A stretch of DNA of 64,000 bases from an uncultured delta proteobacterium (GTDB lineage Bacteria; Myxococcota; UBA727; VGSZ01), in assembly GCA_963775425.1 (NCBI GenBank), contig CAVZJB010000012.1, forward strand, positions 128,001 through 192,000. The letters run 5' to 3'. Shown in pieces: positions 1 to 10,900 of this stretch (positions are counted from its first letter, which is position 1; each line of letters begins with the position of its first letter). Below the pieces are notes generated by a model. It saw only the letters and a list, made by a program, of their open reading frames with translations. It did no database searches and had not been told where the DNA came from. Made by a program: the position numbers and the translations under genes.

Positions 1-435
1 GAGGGCGTAGTTGACGGCGAGCTCGCCGCCCAGCGAGTTGCCGAGGAGGTGGAAGCGCGTGACTCCGCGCCGCTTGAGGAACGCGCGCAGCCGCTCGGCC
101 TGCGAGCGCAGGTCGTACGAGAGCGACGGGTCCTTGGTGCTCTCGCCGAACCCGGGCAGGTCCGGCGCGATGAGCCAGAGCTCCTCGGGCATGTGCGCGC
201 AAAAGCGCGTCCAGTGGTCCTTGTTGCCGCCGAAGCCGTGGAGCATGACGACGACGTCGGCGGGGGAGCCGACGCGCGGGCGGCGCTCGAGGAACGCGAT
301 CCCGCCGTCCTTGTCGGCGACGACGTCGGCCTTGCCGCGCTCGTAGCCGACCCCGAGCGCGCCGAGCGTGGCGGCGCACGACGACGCCGACGACGCGATG
401 ACGAGGACGGCCAGCGGAACCATGAAGCGTCGCAT
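1..435 (-). CDS. alpha/beta hydrolase (lipase/esterase), probable lipoprotein; runs off the window edge
   Basis: Manual minus-strand translation from ATG at 435 gives MRRFMVPLAVLVIASSASSC... then VMLHGFGGNKDHW, APDLPGFGES and the nucleophile elbow GNSLGG. Not in the ORF track. Confidence 0.85.
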   Translation of the reverse strand, partial: MRRFMVPLAVLVIASSASSCAATLGALGVGYERGKADVVADKDGGIAFLERRPRVGSPADVVVMLHGFGGNKDHWTRFCAHMPEELWLIAPDLPGFGESTKDPSLSYDLRSQAERLRAFLKRRGVTRFHLLGNSLGGELAVNYAL

Positions 436-498
436 GCCGCAGGCTAACACCGGTCCGCCGCGGTGCACGCGTGGGTTCGCGTCAGGCGGCGGAGCGCG

Positions 499-3400
499 TC
501 ACTCCCAGCCGTCGAGGGCGGCGCCGGCGCGCTTGAGGGCGGCGCCCGCCATGTCGCGGCGGATGGTGAAGATCGTCATGCCCGCGAGCAGCGCGACGCC
601 GCAGCCGACGAGCAGCAGGGTACCGAGCAGCGCGTTGTCGAGGCCCGCGATGACGAGGCGGCCGACCACGAGCACCGCGCCGGCGACGGCGGCCGCGTAG
701 AGCGAGCGGCGGTCGCGCACGAAGAGCGAGTACACGACGCCGCCGGTGACGACGAGGATGCCGATGGCGAACGCGCCGAACGTCCCGCTCGACAGCGCCG
801 ACCACGCCGCCGCGCAATACAGCGGCACGTGCGAGAGCACGGCGAGCACGCGCCCCGCCGTGCCGAGACGCCTGCGGTGCCTGCGCGCGAGGAACGTGGC
901 CGTCAGCGCCGCCGGCAACAGATACAGCGCGGGATCGGTGGCGCCTTGCAGGTGAAGCGCGATCTCGGTGGCGACGAGGATCATCAGGCCGGCCGCCAGC
1001 TCGTAGCGCGCGAGCTTCCTCGTTCGCGCCAACGTCGCGTACAGCCCGCCGCCCACGACGAGGATCACCGCGCGCGCCGCCTGCGACGGCCCGAGCGCGG
1101 CCGCCACCACCGGCAGCGTCGTCGCGTACAGCTCCGCCGCGCGCGACAGCGGCGACGTCCTCGGCAGCAGCGCGCGCAGCGCCAGGAAGCAGGCGGCGCC
1201 GCCCAAGCAGGCGATGGAGTCCACCGCGTCCACGCCGTCGAGCCACGGAGTCCGCCGCCGCAGGTCGACGTAGATCGCGAGCGCCGCTCCCTCTGCGATG
1301 GCGGCGAAGAAGGTCTGCTCCCGCTCCACCGCCGCCCGCGCGAACACCACCACGCCGAGGCCGAGCGCCACCCACGTGCACGCGAGGCTCCCCGTGCCCG
1401 CGTCGCGGCCGCCGGCGACGACGAAGATCACCGTACCGAGCAGCACGAAGGCGACGGCGTCGACGCAAGCGCGCGCCGCGCCCTCGCCGTCCTCGCCGGC
1501 GAGCGCGCGCGCCGTTCGCTGCACCAGGGCGCACGCGGCGAGGCCGGCGGCGCACAGCAGCGGCACGGCCGAGGCGCGCAGCGGGGCGGCGTCGACGACG
1601 ACGCCGGCGAACGCGGAGGCGACGCCCATCGCCGCCACCACCGCGCCCCCGGCGCCGAGCGCCGCGACGACGCTCGCGCCGCGCTCGCGCCGCCCGCGCG
1701 CGGGCCGGGGCGTGGACCCGCGCACCCAAGCGAGCCCGGCGAGGGCGAGGCCCGCCGTCGCCACCGCCGGCACGTGCAGCGCGGGCGCGTCGCCCGTGCC
1801 GAACGCGATCGCCACGCACGCGAGCAGCACGACGACGACGGCGACGACGTCGCCGAGCCGCGCGCGCATCGCCGCGGGCATCGCGAGGCCGAGCGCGGCG
1901 AGCGCCCTGCGCCCGCCGCGCGTGCGCAACGCCCACGCGACGACGACGAGGCCGAGCGCGCCCGCCGCCTGGCTGCTGCCGTTCGACGGCGGGAGCCAGC
2001 GCGCCGCGTGCATCATCCAGTCGCACGCGACGCCCGCGAGGCCGGCGACGGCCCCCGCCACGAGGGCCGCGCCCACGGTGCGGCGGAAGCGCAGCGTCGC
2101 GTACGCCGCGGCGAACAGCGCGCCGGCGACGACGAGCACGCCGGGGGCGTAGCGCACCGCCACGGAGGTGCTCACGCCGCCGAACGCGATGACGACGGCG
2201 GCGAGGACGACGAGCCCGGCGACGCTCACGAGCATCGTCGACGCGATCGCGCGCAACACCCCTTGCGCAGGGAGCCCCGCGAGGGGCCACGGGGCGCTGC
2301 GCACGCGCCGCATGAGGCGCGCGAGGGCGAGCGCGGAGACGAGGACGGCCACGGCGCCGACGGCGAAGCCGAGCGCGCGGGCGTCGCTGCCGACGACGAC
2401 GCCGGCGAGCGCGGCGACGACGGCGGCGCTCGCAGCGAGGAGGACGGCGCACCCGACGAGGACCTGCGCGGCGCGGCCGGCGAAGAGCGCGGCGGCCGTG
2501 GCCGCGCCGAGCGCGAGGAACAGCGCGAGCGCGTCGAAGAGCGCGGCCTCGCGGGCGAGGCCCGCGGCGCCCACGAGGAAGGCGTCGCCCGCGGCGCCCA
2601 CGAGGAAGGCGTCGCCCGCGGCGCCGGCGCGCACGGCGACGCCGAAGCAGAGCACGAGCGCGCCGGCGACGGCGAGCGCCGTCCACGCAGGGCCGCCGGC
2701 GGGGAGCGCGCGGCCCCTTCGTCGCTGCAGGCGCGTGAACACGGGGAGCGTGAGCTCCTGCGCGCGCAGCAGGGCGGCGACCACGGCGAGCACGGCGACC
2801 GACGCCAGCGCGAGGAACGTCCATGTGCCGAGCGTGGCGTGCGCGCCGGCGACGGCGGGGGTGTCGGCGGCGGCGAGCACGAGCGCGAGCGCGAGCCCGG
2901 CGAGCGCCCGCGGGGAGCGCACGCGCGCGAACAGGAGCGCGGCGGTGACGGCGACGGCGAGCGAGACGAAGCGCAGCGGCGCGCCTGCGTCGGCGGTGGC
3001 GTCGGCGAGCGCGGGCTCCGACAGCGCGCCGAGCCGCAACAAGCCGAGGAGCGTGGCGCCGGCGGCGGCGAGCGCGAACAACGCGCGCGCGCGCGCGTGG
3101 CGGCCGTGGCCGAGGATGCGCAGGCGCCGCGGCAACAGGCGGATGGCGCCCGCGGCGAGCGCGCCGGCGCGTCCGCGCAGGAGCGGCAGCGCGGGGAGGA
3201 ACGAGAGCGCCGCGCAGCCGGCGGCGGCGAGCGCGACGGCGAGCGGCAAGCGGTCGTCGTCGCCCGCGGCGAACGCGCGCGCGAGCACGACGGCGAGCGC
3301 GGCGAAGCCCGCGAAGGAGAGGTCACCCGAGCGCGACAGCTCGCCGGCGACGACGAGGACGCCGGCGGCGACGAGGGCGACGACGACGCGCTCGTCGTGG

Positions 3401-5337
3401 AGCGCGTGCCCGCTCGAGAGCACCGCGCCGGCGCCGGCGAGGGCGAACAGCACGGCCCACAAGACGGCCCCCGCCGCGGCGGGCACGAGCGGCGCCCGCG
3501 GGCGCACATGGCGCAGGGCGGCGACGACGAGGACGCCGGCGCCGACGAGGGCGGCGCAGGCGAGCACCGTGAGGCCGACGGGGTGCAGCTCGGTGGCGCC
3601 GACGTTGCGGAGCCGGTGGACCATCTGCGGCACCGTCATCATCACGGGGAGAAACGCCGTGCCCCAGGTGAGCCACGTGAACGCCGTCGAGCGCTCCGCG
3701 CGCCGGTCGGTGGCGAGCGCCGCAGTGACGACGAGGAGCGCGGGGACCGCCGGCGGGCCGTCGCCGAGCACGGCGGCGAAGCACGCGCCGCTGCCCCACA
3801 CGAGGAGCGAGGTCACCTTCTCGCCGATGGTCATCCCCGTCCGGCGCGCGCGCCAGCCGAGCGCGAACAGCGCGGCGACGCCGGCGAAGCCGACGACGGG
3901 CGCGGGGAGGTCGAGCGCGCGGCACAGCAAACCGGCGGCGAGAGCGAGCAGGCCGTGCGCGAGCGGGCGCGCGCCGCGGGGGAGACCGAGGTGTTCGTGG
4001 TGCAGCAGCCGGGCGGCGACGACGACGGCGGCGGCCGCGGCATAGAGCTGAAGCAGGGGCGCGTGACGCGCGTTGACGGCGACGCCGATGACGACGGCGG
4101 CGAGGACGACGGCGGCGAGGAACGAGAGCCAGCGCGCAAGCGGCGCGAGCGGGAACAGCCGGGGGCGCTGGTCCACGAAGCGGGCCACGGTGTCGACGCA
4201 GAGGAGCGCCAGGAGGCACGCGCGCGCGCCCGCGCCGTCGGTGCCGGAGGAGAAGGTCAGGGCGAGGACGACGCCAGACATCCCGACGAGGACGGCGCTG
4301 ATGTCGTCGACGAAGGTGGCGCGGCCGGCGAGCGCGTCGTCGGTGCGCGCGGCGATCGTGGCGCGCATGAGGGCGACGGCGGCGAGGGCGACCACGAGGC
4401 CGGTGACCGCGCCGGTGGGCGCGAGCACGAGGAGGACCCAGCCGGCGAGGAACGGCGCCCCCGCGCGGAGCGCCGAGCCGACGCCGGTCGCCGCGCCGCC
4501 GGTCGCCGTCGCCGCGCGCCGGCTGGTGAACAACAGCGCGCTTGCGAGCACCACCAGCGCTGCGGCGTCGAAGACGAGCGCGATGAGCGGGCGATCGGCG
4601 CGCAGCGTGGCGAGCGCGATCGCGCCGGACACCGCGATCAAGCGGCCGACGAGGCCGAGCACGTGCCCGGCGACGCTCTCGGCGAAGCGACGGGCGAGCA
4701 CGGCGCCCACGGCCATGAACGCGGCGGCGAACGCGACGAGGCCGCCGCCGACGACGCCGGGCCTGACGGCGAGCGGGATGTCGCCCCAAAACAGGTTGGT
4801 CGCCCACAGCGATCCGCCGACGGCGAACAGCGCGCCGACGAACCACACCGTCATCTCCAGCCGCTGCTGCAAGCGCAGCCGCGCCAACGCCGGATCCACC
4901 ACGCGCGCCGGCCGCGCCGGCGCGCGGCGCTCTTCGGTGCCCCCGGCGGACGTCCCCACGGCGCGCCCCACGACCGGCGCGCCGACCGCCACGACGGCGT
5001 GAGCGCCGGGCGCCCGGCGCCTTATGGGCGCGGCGCGCTCTTCGGGCGCGGCGCGCTCTTCGGGCGCGGCGCGCTCTTCGGGCGCGGCGCGCTCTTCGGG
5101 CGCGGCGCCGGCTCGGGCAGCGGCGTCGATGCGGCTGCGGGCGGCGGCGCGCCAGACCGAGGCGCGATCGGCGACGCCGTCGTCGTCCTTCAGGATGGCG
5201 TCGAGGGCGAAGGCGACATAGCGGTCCTGCCGCAGGAGCTCGGCGGCGGCGTCGACGCCCGGGTGTCCGCACGCGGCGCATCCGTCTTCGGGCGAGAGCG
5301 GGCCGCTGCAGCGCGGGCATACGGTCGGGTTCGTCAC
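499..5337 (-). CDS. very large polytopic membrane protein (1612 aa) with an N-terminal CxxC-CxxC zinc ribbon
   Basis: N-terminal CPRC...CAAC, then dozens of hydrophobic Ala/Leu/Val-rich segments. The overlapping + strand ORFs are Arg/Ala-rich shadows. Confidence 0.8.
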   Translation of the reverse strand: MTNPTVCPRCSGPLSPEDGCAACGHPGVDAAAELLRQDRYVAFALDAILKDDDGVADRASVWRAAARSRIDAAARAGAAPEERAAPEERAAPEERAAPEERAAPIRRRAPGAHAVVAVGAPVVGRAVGTSAGGTEERRAPARPARVVDPALARLRLQQRLEMTVWFVGALFAVGGSLWATNLFWGDIPLAVRPGVVGGGLVAFAAAFMAVGAVLARRFAESVAGHVLGLVGRLIAVSGAIALATLRADRPLIALVFDAAALVVLASALLFTSRRAATATGGAATGVGSALRAGAPFLAGWVLLVLAPTGAVTGLVVALAAVALMRATIAARTDDALAGRATFVDDISAVLVGMSGVVLALTFSSGTDGAGARACLLALLCVDTVARFVDQRPRLFPLAPLARWLSFLAAVVLAAVVIGVAVNARHAPLLQLYAAAAAVVVAARLLHHEHLGLPRGARPLAHGLLALAAGLLCRALDLPAPVVGFAGVAALFALGWRARRTGMTIGEKVTSLLVWGSGACFAAVLGDGPPAVPALLVVTAALATDRRAERSTAFTWLTWGTAFLPVMMTVPQMVHRLRNVGATELHPVGLTVLACAALVGAGVLVVAALRHVRPRAPLVPAAAGAVLWAVLFALAGAGAVLSSGHALHDERVVVALVAAGVLVVAGELSRSGDLSFAGFAALAVVLARAFAAGDDDRLPLAVALAAAGCAALSFLPALPLLRGRAGALAAGAIRLLPRRLRILGHGRHARARALFALAAAGATLLGLLRLGALSEPALADATADAGAPLRFVSLAVAVTAALLFARVRSPRALAGLALALVLAAADTPAVAGAHATLGTWTFLALASVAVLAVVAALLRAQELTLPVFTRLQRRRGRALPAGGPAWTALAVAGALVLCFGVAVRAGAAGDAFLVGAAGDAFLVGAAGLAREAALFDALALFLALGAATAAALFAGRAAQVLVGCAVLLAASAAVVAALAGVVVGSDARALGFAVGAVAVLVSALALARLMRRVRSAPWPLAGLPAQGVLRAIASTMLVSVAGLVVLAAVVIAFGGVSTSVAVRYAPGVLVVAGALFAAAYATLRFRRTVGAALVAGAVAGLAGVACDWMMHAARWLPPSNGSSQAAGALGLVVVAWALRTRGGRRALAALGLAMPAAMRARLGDVVAVVVVLLACVAIAFGTGDAPALHVPAVATAGLALAGLAWVRGSTPRPARGRRERGASVVAALGAGGAVVAAMGVASAFAGVVVDAAPLRASAVPLLCAAGLAACALVQRTARALAGEDGEGAARACVDAVAFVLLGTVIFVVAGGRDAGTGSLACTWVALGLGVVVFARAAVEREQTFFAAIAEGAALAIYVDLRRRTPWLDGVDAVDSIACLGGAACFLALRALLPRTSPLSRAAELYATTLPVVAAALGPSQAARAVILVVGGGLYATLARTRKLARYELAAGLMILVATEIALHLQGATDPALYLLPAALTATFLARRHRRRLGTAGRVLAVLSHVPLYCAAAWSALSSGTFGAFAIGILVVTGGVVYSLFVRDRRSLYAAAVAGAVLVVGRLVIAGLDNALLGTLLLVGCGVALLAGMTIFTIRRDMAGAALKRAGAALDGWE
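2560..2625. repeat. 27-bp in-frame tandem duplication (about 2.4 copies, GAAGDAFLV)
   Basis: gcccgcggcgcccacgaggaaggcgtc occurs twice, followed by a partial copy. Confidence 0.9.
5026..5108. repeat. 18-bp tandem repeat (about 4.6 copies) encoding (APEERA)n
   Basis: gggcgcggcgcgctcttc four times plus a partial copy. Confidence 0.92.
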
Positions 5338-5444
5338 GCGGGCAATCTTGTCATCTCTCGCGCCACGACAAGCGCGCGCGTTGAGACCGTCGTCACTGCG
5401 TAGACACCTCGTCGCCTGCTGCGAACCGCGCGTGACGTCGAACG

Positions 5445-6149
5445 GTGCGCCCGGTCCGCGCTACCGTACGCCGCGTGTCCGCCGACGACGCGCTCCCGGA
5501 CGAAGCCCTCGCCGCGCTGCTCGACGCCCATGCACCCATGCGCGCGTGCGCGCTCGTCCCTGCGGTGCGCGCGTGGCACGCCGAGGACGAGATCCCGCTG
5601 TGGCAGGCGCTCGAGGCCGCGCTCGGAGGACCCATCGGCGCCCCCTTCTTCTGCGTGCCCTGGCCCGGCGCGCTCGCCCTCGCCCGCGCCGTCTTCGATG
5701 ACGTCGTCGACGTGCGCGGCAAGCTCGTCGCCGACGTCGGCTGCGGCTCGGGCGTCGCCGCCCTCGCCGCCCTCGACAAGGGCGCCGCCCGCGTCGTCGC
5801 CGTCGACGTCGATCCCCTCGCCGCAAAAAGCGCGCGCATCCTCGCCGCGCGCCACGGCGTCGAGCCCACGCGCATCCACGCCGTCGCCGGCGACGCGCTC
5901 GCCAATCCGGCCGTCGTCGCGACGGTCGACGCCGCCGACGTCGTCCTCGCCGGCGACCTCGTCTCCGCCGCCGCCCACGCCGCGCCCTTCCGCGCCGCCC
6001 TCGCGCGCTGGGGCACGCGCGCCGTCCTCGCCGACAGCGGCCGCCCCTTCTTCGACGCCGGCGGCCGCCGGGTGGTCGCCGCGCATGACGTCGACGTCCC
6101 GCGCTCGTTGGAGGGCGCGGCGCGGCGAACGGTGCGCGTGTACCGCTAG
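5445..6149 (+). CDS. class I SAM-dependent methyltransferase (protein-lysine MTase/PrmA-like)
   Basis: PFFCVPWPGALALAR, VADVGCGSG motif I, AVDVD, DVVLAGDL. The true start may be GTG near 5475. Confidence 0.8.
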   Translation: MRPVRATVRRVSADDALPDEALAALLDAHAPMRACALVPAVRAWHAEDEIPLWQALEAALGGPIGAPFFCVPWPGALALARAVFDDVVDVRGKLVADVGCGSGVAALAALDKGAARVVAVDVDPLAAKSARILAARHGVEPTRIHAVAGDALANPAVVATVDAADVVLAGDLVSAAAHAAPFRAALARWGTRAVLADSGRPFFDAGGRRVVAAHDVDVPRSLEGAARRTVRVYR

Positions 6150-6152
6150 CCG

Positions 6153-6368
6153 TCAGCGGCGAAAGTCGTCGTCGCGCTCGCGCGAGTGGTCGATGGCGCG
6201 CACCTGGATCATGCCGCCGTCGATGGGGACCAGGTTGAGCTTGAGCGTGATGGAGCCGTCTCGGTTGGTGAAGCCCACCCCGATCTCGGTCCAGAACGCC
6301 TTCTTCCCCTCGCGGTCGCGGATGTGCCAGATGGCGTGCGTCGGTGCTGCGTGCGGTCTTTCGGTCAT
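6153..6368 (-). CDS. small beta-rich hypothetical protein (71 aa), possibly nucleic-acid binding
   Basis: GGGGA RBS before ATG 6368; sequence KAFWTEIGVGFTNRDGSITLKLNLVP. Confidence 0.7.
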   Translation of the reverse strand: MTERPHAAPTHAIWHIRDREGKKAFWTEIGVGFTNRDGSITLKLNLVPIDGGMIQVRAIDHSRERDDDFRR

Positions 6369-6443
6369 TGGAGATCCCCAATCGAGCCTTCGATGCGGGG
6401 ACTGTTCCGCGCGCACGGCAGGATGCAACGGGGTTTTTCGGCC

Positions 6444-7913
6444 TCAGGACAGCGCGAGGGGCAGCTTGGCGCCGTCGGCGGTGACGGCGCACAGCTCGAG
6501 CTCGTACTCGCGGTTCATGCGGGCCTCGAGGAACAGCGGGCCCTCGTGGAGCTTGAGCCACATCTCGTCGACCCGCGCCGAGCCGAGGATCTCGCGCTCC
6601 GTCGACGTCGACGAGACCGCCTCGTAAAACGCCATCACCAGCGGTCCGCGCGGGGGGCGCGACAGCGACAGCTTGCGCACACACGGCACCACCGACGACG
6701 GCACCACCACCTCCTGCGTGGCCCCGCCGGCGGACATGAAGCCGATCGACATCGGGGCGACGTCGGTCATGATGTGCAGCCCGTTGGCGAACAGCGCCGC
6801 GCCCTCCGCGACGGCGAGGTCGGGGTCCGGCTGCCGCGCCTCGTCGTACCTGAACACGCTGGTCAGGCGGTCGCGCAGCGCGGGCATGCGGGTCATGCCG
6901 CCGATGAACAGGATGCAGCCGACGTCGGCGCGCGCCTTCTTCGCCTTGGCGAGCATCTCGTCGCACAGGCCGAGCGCGCGCTCGATGAGCGGCGCCGTGA
7001 GCATCTCGAGCTCGGCGCGCGGCAGCCCGCGCTCGATGGAGACGAAGCCCGTGGACGTCCCCGCGATGCAGCGGACCTGGATCACCGCGCGCTCGGCGGT
7101 GGAGAGCTTCACCTTGGCGTGCTCGGCGGCGAACGACAGCCGCTGCATGACGACGGGGTCAGCGCGCAGATCGCTGCCCGTGGCCTCCCGGTATTGGTTG
7201 ACGATGACGTCGACGACCTTGGCGTCGAAGTCGTTGCCGCCGAGGAAGCCGTCGCCGGACGTCGCGAGCACCTGCAACAAGCCGCTCTTTGCCTGCAGCA
7301 GCGTGCAGTCGAAGGTGCCGCCGCCGAGGTCGAACACGAGGATGAGGTCGTCGGACTGTTGCCGCTGCGCGAACAGCGCGGCGCTGGTGGGCTCGTTGAG
7401 GATGGCCACGACGTCGAGCCCCGCCATCTCCGCCGCCTGCCGCAGCGCGCGCCGCTGGCGAAAGCCCGCGTGCGCCGGCACCGTGAGCACGCACTGCTCG
7501 AGCGCCGCGCCCGCCGCCACGTTGGCCAGCTCCCCCACGCGCTGGATCACGTGGAAGGTGGTCTCCACCACCGGGCGCACGCGCCCGTGACACTCCACGG
7601 CGACGTCGCCGTCAGGGCCGGCGACGATCTTGTAGGGGAAGCGGTCCTTCACGCGGTGGACGAAGTCGCTCGCGTAGCGTCGTCCCAGGAAGCGCTTGAA
7701 GCCGTAGATGGTGTGGTCGGGGTCGGCGAGCGCCATCTCCTTGGCGCTCTGCCCGGCGAGCACGCCGCCCTTGCCGTCGTACCAGACCACCGTGGGCATG
7801 CTGAGGCCGCCGTCGTCCCGCAGCGGCACCGGCCGCACCACACCCTGCTCGTCCGACCAGGCGGCGGTGGTGTTGGTCGTGCCGAAGTCGATGCCGAGGA
7901 TTCGCTTGCCCAT
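6444..7913 (-). CDS. Hsp70/DnaK-family protein with a short C-terminus
   Basis: GIDFGTTN, TVPAH, ILNEPTSAAL, VFDLGGGTFDC, LGGNDFD, IGGMTRMP, PDLAVAEGAA. About 489 aa from ATG 7913. Confidence 0.9.
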   Translation of the reverse strand: MGKRILGIDFGTTNTTAAWSDEQGVVRPVPLRDDGGLSMPTVVWYDGKGGVLAGQSAKEMALADPDHTIYGFKRFLGRRYASDFVHRVKDRFPYKIVAGPDGDVAVECHGRVRPVVETTFHVIQRVGELANVAAGAALEQCVLTVPAHAGFRQRRALRQAAEMAGLDVVAILNEPTSAALFAQRQQSDDLILVFDLGGGTFDCTLLQAKSGLLQVLATSGDGFLGGNDFDAKVVDVIVNQYREATGSDLRADPVVMQRLSFAAEHAKVKLSTAERAVIQVRCIAGTSTGFVSIERGLPRAELEMLTAPLIERALGLCDEMLAKAKKARADVGCILFIGGMTRMPALRDRLTSVFRYDEARQPDPDLAVAEGAALFANGLHIMTDVAPMSIGFMSAGGATQEVVVPSSVVPCVRKLSLSRPPRGPLVMAFYEAVSSTSTEREILGSARVDEMWLKLHEGPLFLEARMNREYELELCAVTADGAKLPLALS

Positions 7914-7988
7914 GATCAGAACGCTAATACGGCTGACCCTTGGACGTGCGATCGTCAAGACGACCGAGGCATCCGGGCCGGGGCTCCG

Positions 7989-10900
7989 TCAGCCGCCGCC
8001 GACGAATGTACACGTGCAGGTGCTCGGGTTGCACAGCTCGGTGGCGGGGTTGCACTGATCGTTGCAGTTGGCGCCGCAGGTGCAGCCGCACAGATCGGTG
8101 TTCGCGTCGTGGCGCGCGTCGCACGCGAGGTTGGCGGTGTCGCAGACGCAGCCGCAGACATCGTCGTCCCAGACGAAGCCTGCGCGGCAGGACAGCTCGC
8201 CGTCGCAGACGCAGGCGCAGGCGTCGAGGTCGCAGCGCTCCACGCCGGTGCAGGTGCTGCAGATGGTGCACGCGGGCTGCGGCGGGTCGGCCACGGGGCT
8301 CTGGTCGATCCACGTCGTGTAGGAGATGGCGATGAGCGCGCCGGTGTGCGCCGGATCCGGTCGGCAGTCGCCGAAGAACGCGACGGTGCGCGTGACGGGG
8401 TCGACGTCGAAGCCGTTGTCGCGCGAGCGCGGCACGTCGTCGGTGTTGCACGCGCCGATCGTGCTGCCGGCGTCCACGGCGACCTTCACGGTGGACGTGA
8501 TGGGGGTCTTGCTGAGCACGTACGGCGAGGCCCCGACGATGGCCGCGTCGAGGATGGCGTTGACGGCGGTGGGGATGGAGGCGAGGTCGTTGATGGCGCC
8601 GGTGACGCCGCCGAAGCGATTGATGACCGACTGCAGGACGCGGGGGTTGTTGAAGCGGTTCTCGCCGCAGTTGGTCCCGTCGGGGCAGACGATGCCGCCC
8701 ATCTGCACGCTGCGCACGGGCAGCGCGCGGAAGAACTGCTCGTAGGCGTCGACCACGGCGCCGACGGCGGCCGCGTCGCTCGACGAAGCGATGTGTCCCT
8801 GATCGTCGGCGTCGCCGACGAAGATGACGACGAGGTTCGTGTCCTGTCGCAACTGTTGCGCGCTCGGCGTGAGCGACGCGGGCAGGAACGTCGCCGAGCC
8901 GTTGACGCCGCCGGAAGTGAGGAGGTCCTGCGCGCCGGTGGCGATCGACTCGATGGCCTGGTTGCACGAAAAGCCGTTGACGTTGCCGGCGCCCAGCCAT
9001 GACGCGGAGGGCGGGCTCGATGTGAACCACGCGATCATCGTGGCCAGATCGGAGGTCCACTGGCGGCACTGGCTGCCGGTGTTCTCCGCGCACGCCGCAG
9101 CGGTGCAGCCCGCGTGCGCCGGGGGCACGTCGAACGCGCTGGTGACGGCGGCGGTGCGGAAGTCGATGCCCGCGTTGGTGATGCGCTGCTCCACGGCGGC
9201 GCCGGCGGTGGCCACCGCCTGCTGGAATGACGCCATGGACACGGAGTTGTCCACCGCCCACAGCACGTCGAGCTCGCCGTCGCCCGCGCTCGGCAGGCGA
9301 TCGCAGGTCGCGCCGGTGGTGTCGGCGGCCTGGCCGAGCGCGCTGCCGTCGCCGAGGTCCTTCACGAGGAACCCGGACGTGGTGCCGTCGAGCTCCGCCG
9401 GCGTGAGGGCGATGAGCACGATGGTGGTGAGGTCGCTCCGGCGCACCATCTCGGCGGCCACGGTGAAGCCGTCGGTGGCGGGCGTGTCGGCGGCGACGTC
9501 GAAGGCGCCGGCGGCGCCGCCGAGGAGGGCGGCGATGAGGGCGTTGGCGCGCGCCTTGGCGCCTACGGTGCCGGCCATGTGATAGCTCGCCTGCACCGCC
9601 GGGTAGCCGTCCCACGTGGTGAAGGTGCGCGTCAGCGCCTGGCTGACGGCGCCGATGCCGTTCAACACGCCGCGCACCTGCGCCTCGTCGGCGGTGGGGT
9701 CGGCGCCCGCGGGCGCGCGGTGCACGGCGACGAACGCCACGCGCGTGCCGGGATCGTGGCCCGCGACGCCGACGGGCGCGTTGGCGGGATCGACGAGGGT
9801 GACGGCGTCGTCGAACCGGATGCCGTCGCGCAGCGGCACCACCACCTGGATGTCGGCCTCGGGCACGGTGCGCCGCGACAGCGGCACGAGGCCGTCGAGC
9901 GAGCACGCCGCCTGGATGGTGGGGTTGCTGCCGTCGCCGTTGTCGTTGGGATCGAGCTCGCCCGGGTCGACCTTGCCGTCCTGGTTCGCGTCCTCGGCGC
10001 CGTCGGGGACGCCGTCGCCGTCCGTGTCCGGGTTGTTCGGATCGGTGGTCGTCGCCGGGTCGACGTCGCCGGGGAAGGCGTCGCAGTAGCCGACGGCGTC
10101 GCGCGCGGGCGCGCCGAGCTCGATGCCGTCTTTGACGCCGTCGCCGTCGCTGTCGGCGTTGTCGGGGTCGGTGTGGGTGACCGTGACCTCTTCGAAGTCG
10201 CCGACGCCGTCGCAGTCGGTGTCGATCTGCGTCGGATCGCTCTCGCCGCGCTCCACGACGCCGTCCGCGTTCAGGTCCTCGCCGCCGACGCACACGCCGG
10301 CGACGCTGCTCGGCCCGTCGCACAAGCCGTCGCCGTCGGTGTCGGGGTTTTGGGGATCGGGATCGAGGGCGTCGGGCAGGCCGTCGCCGTCGGCGTCGGC
10401 GACGTGGGGCACGGGATCGTCGTCGCCGCCGGTGCACACGGGCGGCACGTCGTTGGGTCCGTCGCACAGGCCGTCGCCGTCGCTGTCGGGGTTGTTGGGA
10501 TCGGTCTCCTGGTTCACGTCGACGCAGCCGTCGGCGCTCTCGTCTTCTCCGCCGGCGCAGACCCCGGCCACGTCGTTGGGTCCGTCGCACAGGCCGTCGC
10601 CGTCGGTGTCGGCGCCGGTGGGATCGGTGCGGGACTGCGGGCACGCGTCGCCGGCGAACTGCGTGCACAGCGGGTCGACGCTGCTGGTGCGGCCGAGCTC
10701 GACGCCGTCTGCGATGCCGTCGCCGTCGCTGTCGGGGTCGCCGGGATCGGTGGTGGCGCCGCCGGGGTAGACGGTGCCGAATTCCTCGGCGTCGCTCAGC
10801 CCGTCGCAGTCGCTGTCGAGGACGGCGTTGTCGGGGTTGTTGGGATCGGGGGTGCGGACGGGGTCGCCCTCACCTTCGCCCTCTCCCTCTCCCTCTCCCT

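Noticed and set aside
463-5403. 1646-aa + strand ORF and other long antisense ORFs (6186-9002, 9579-12830, 24298-27501, 30272-32428, 58766-60781)
   Set aside because: Arg/Ala/Gly-rich shadow frames typical of high-GC DNA, lying opposite genes with clear motifs.
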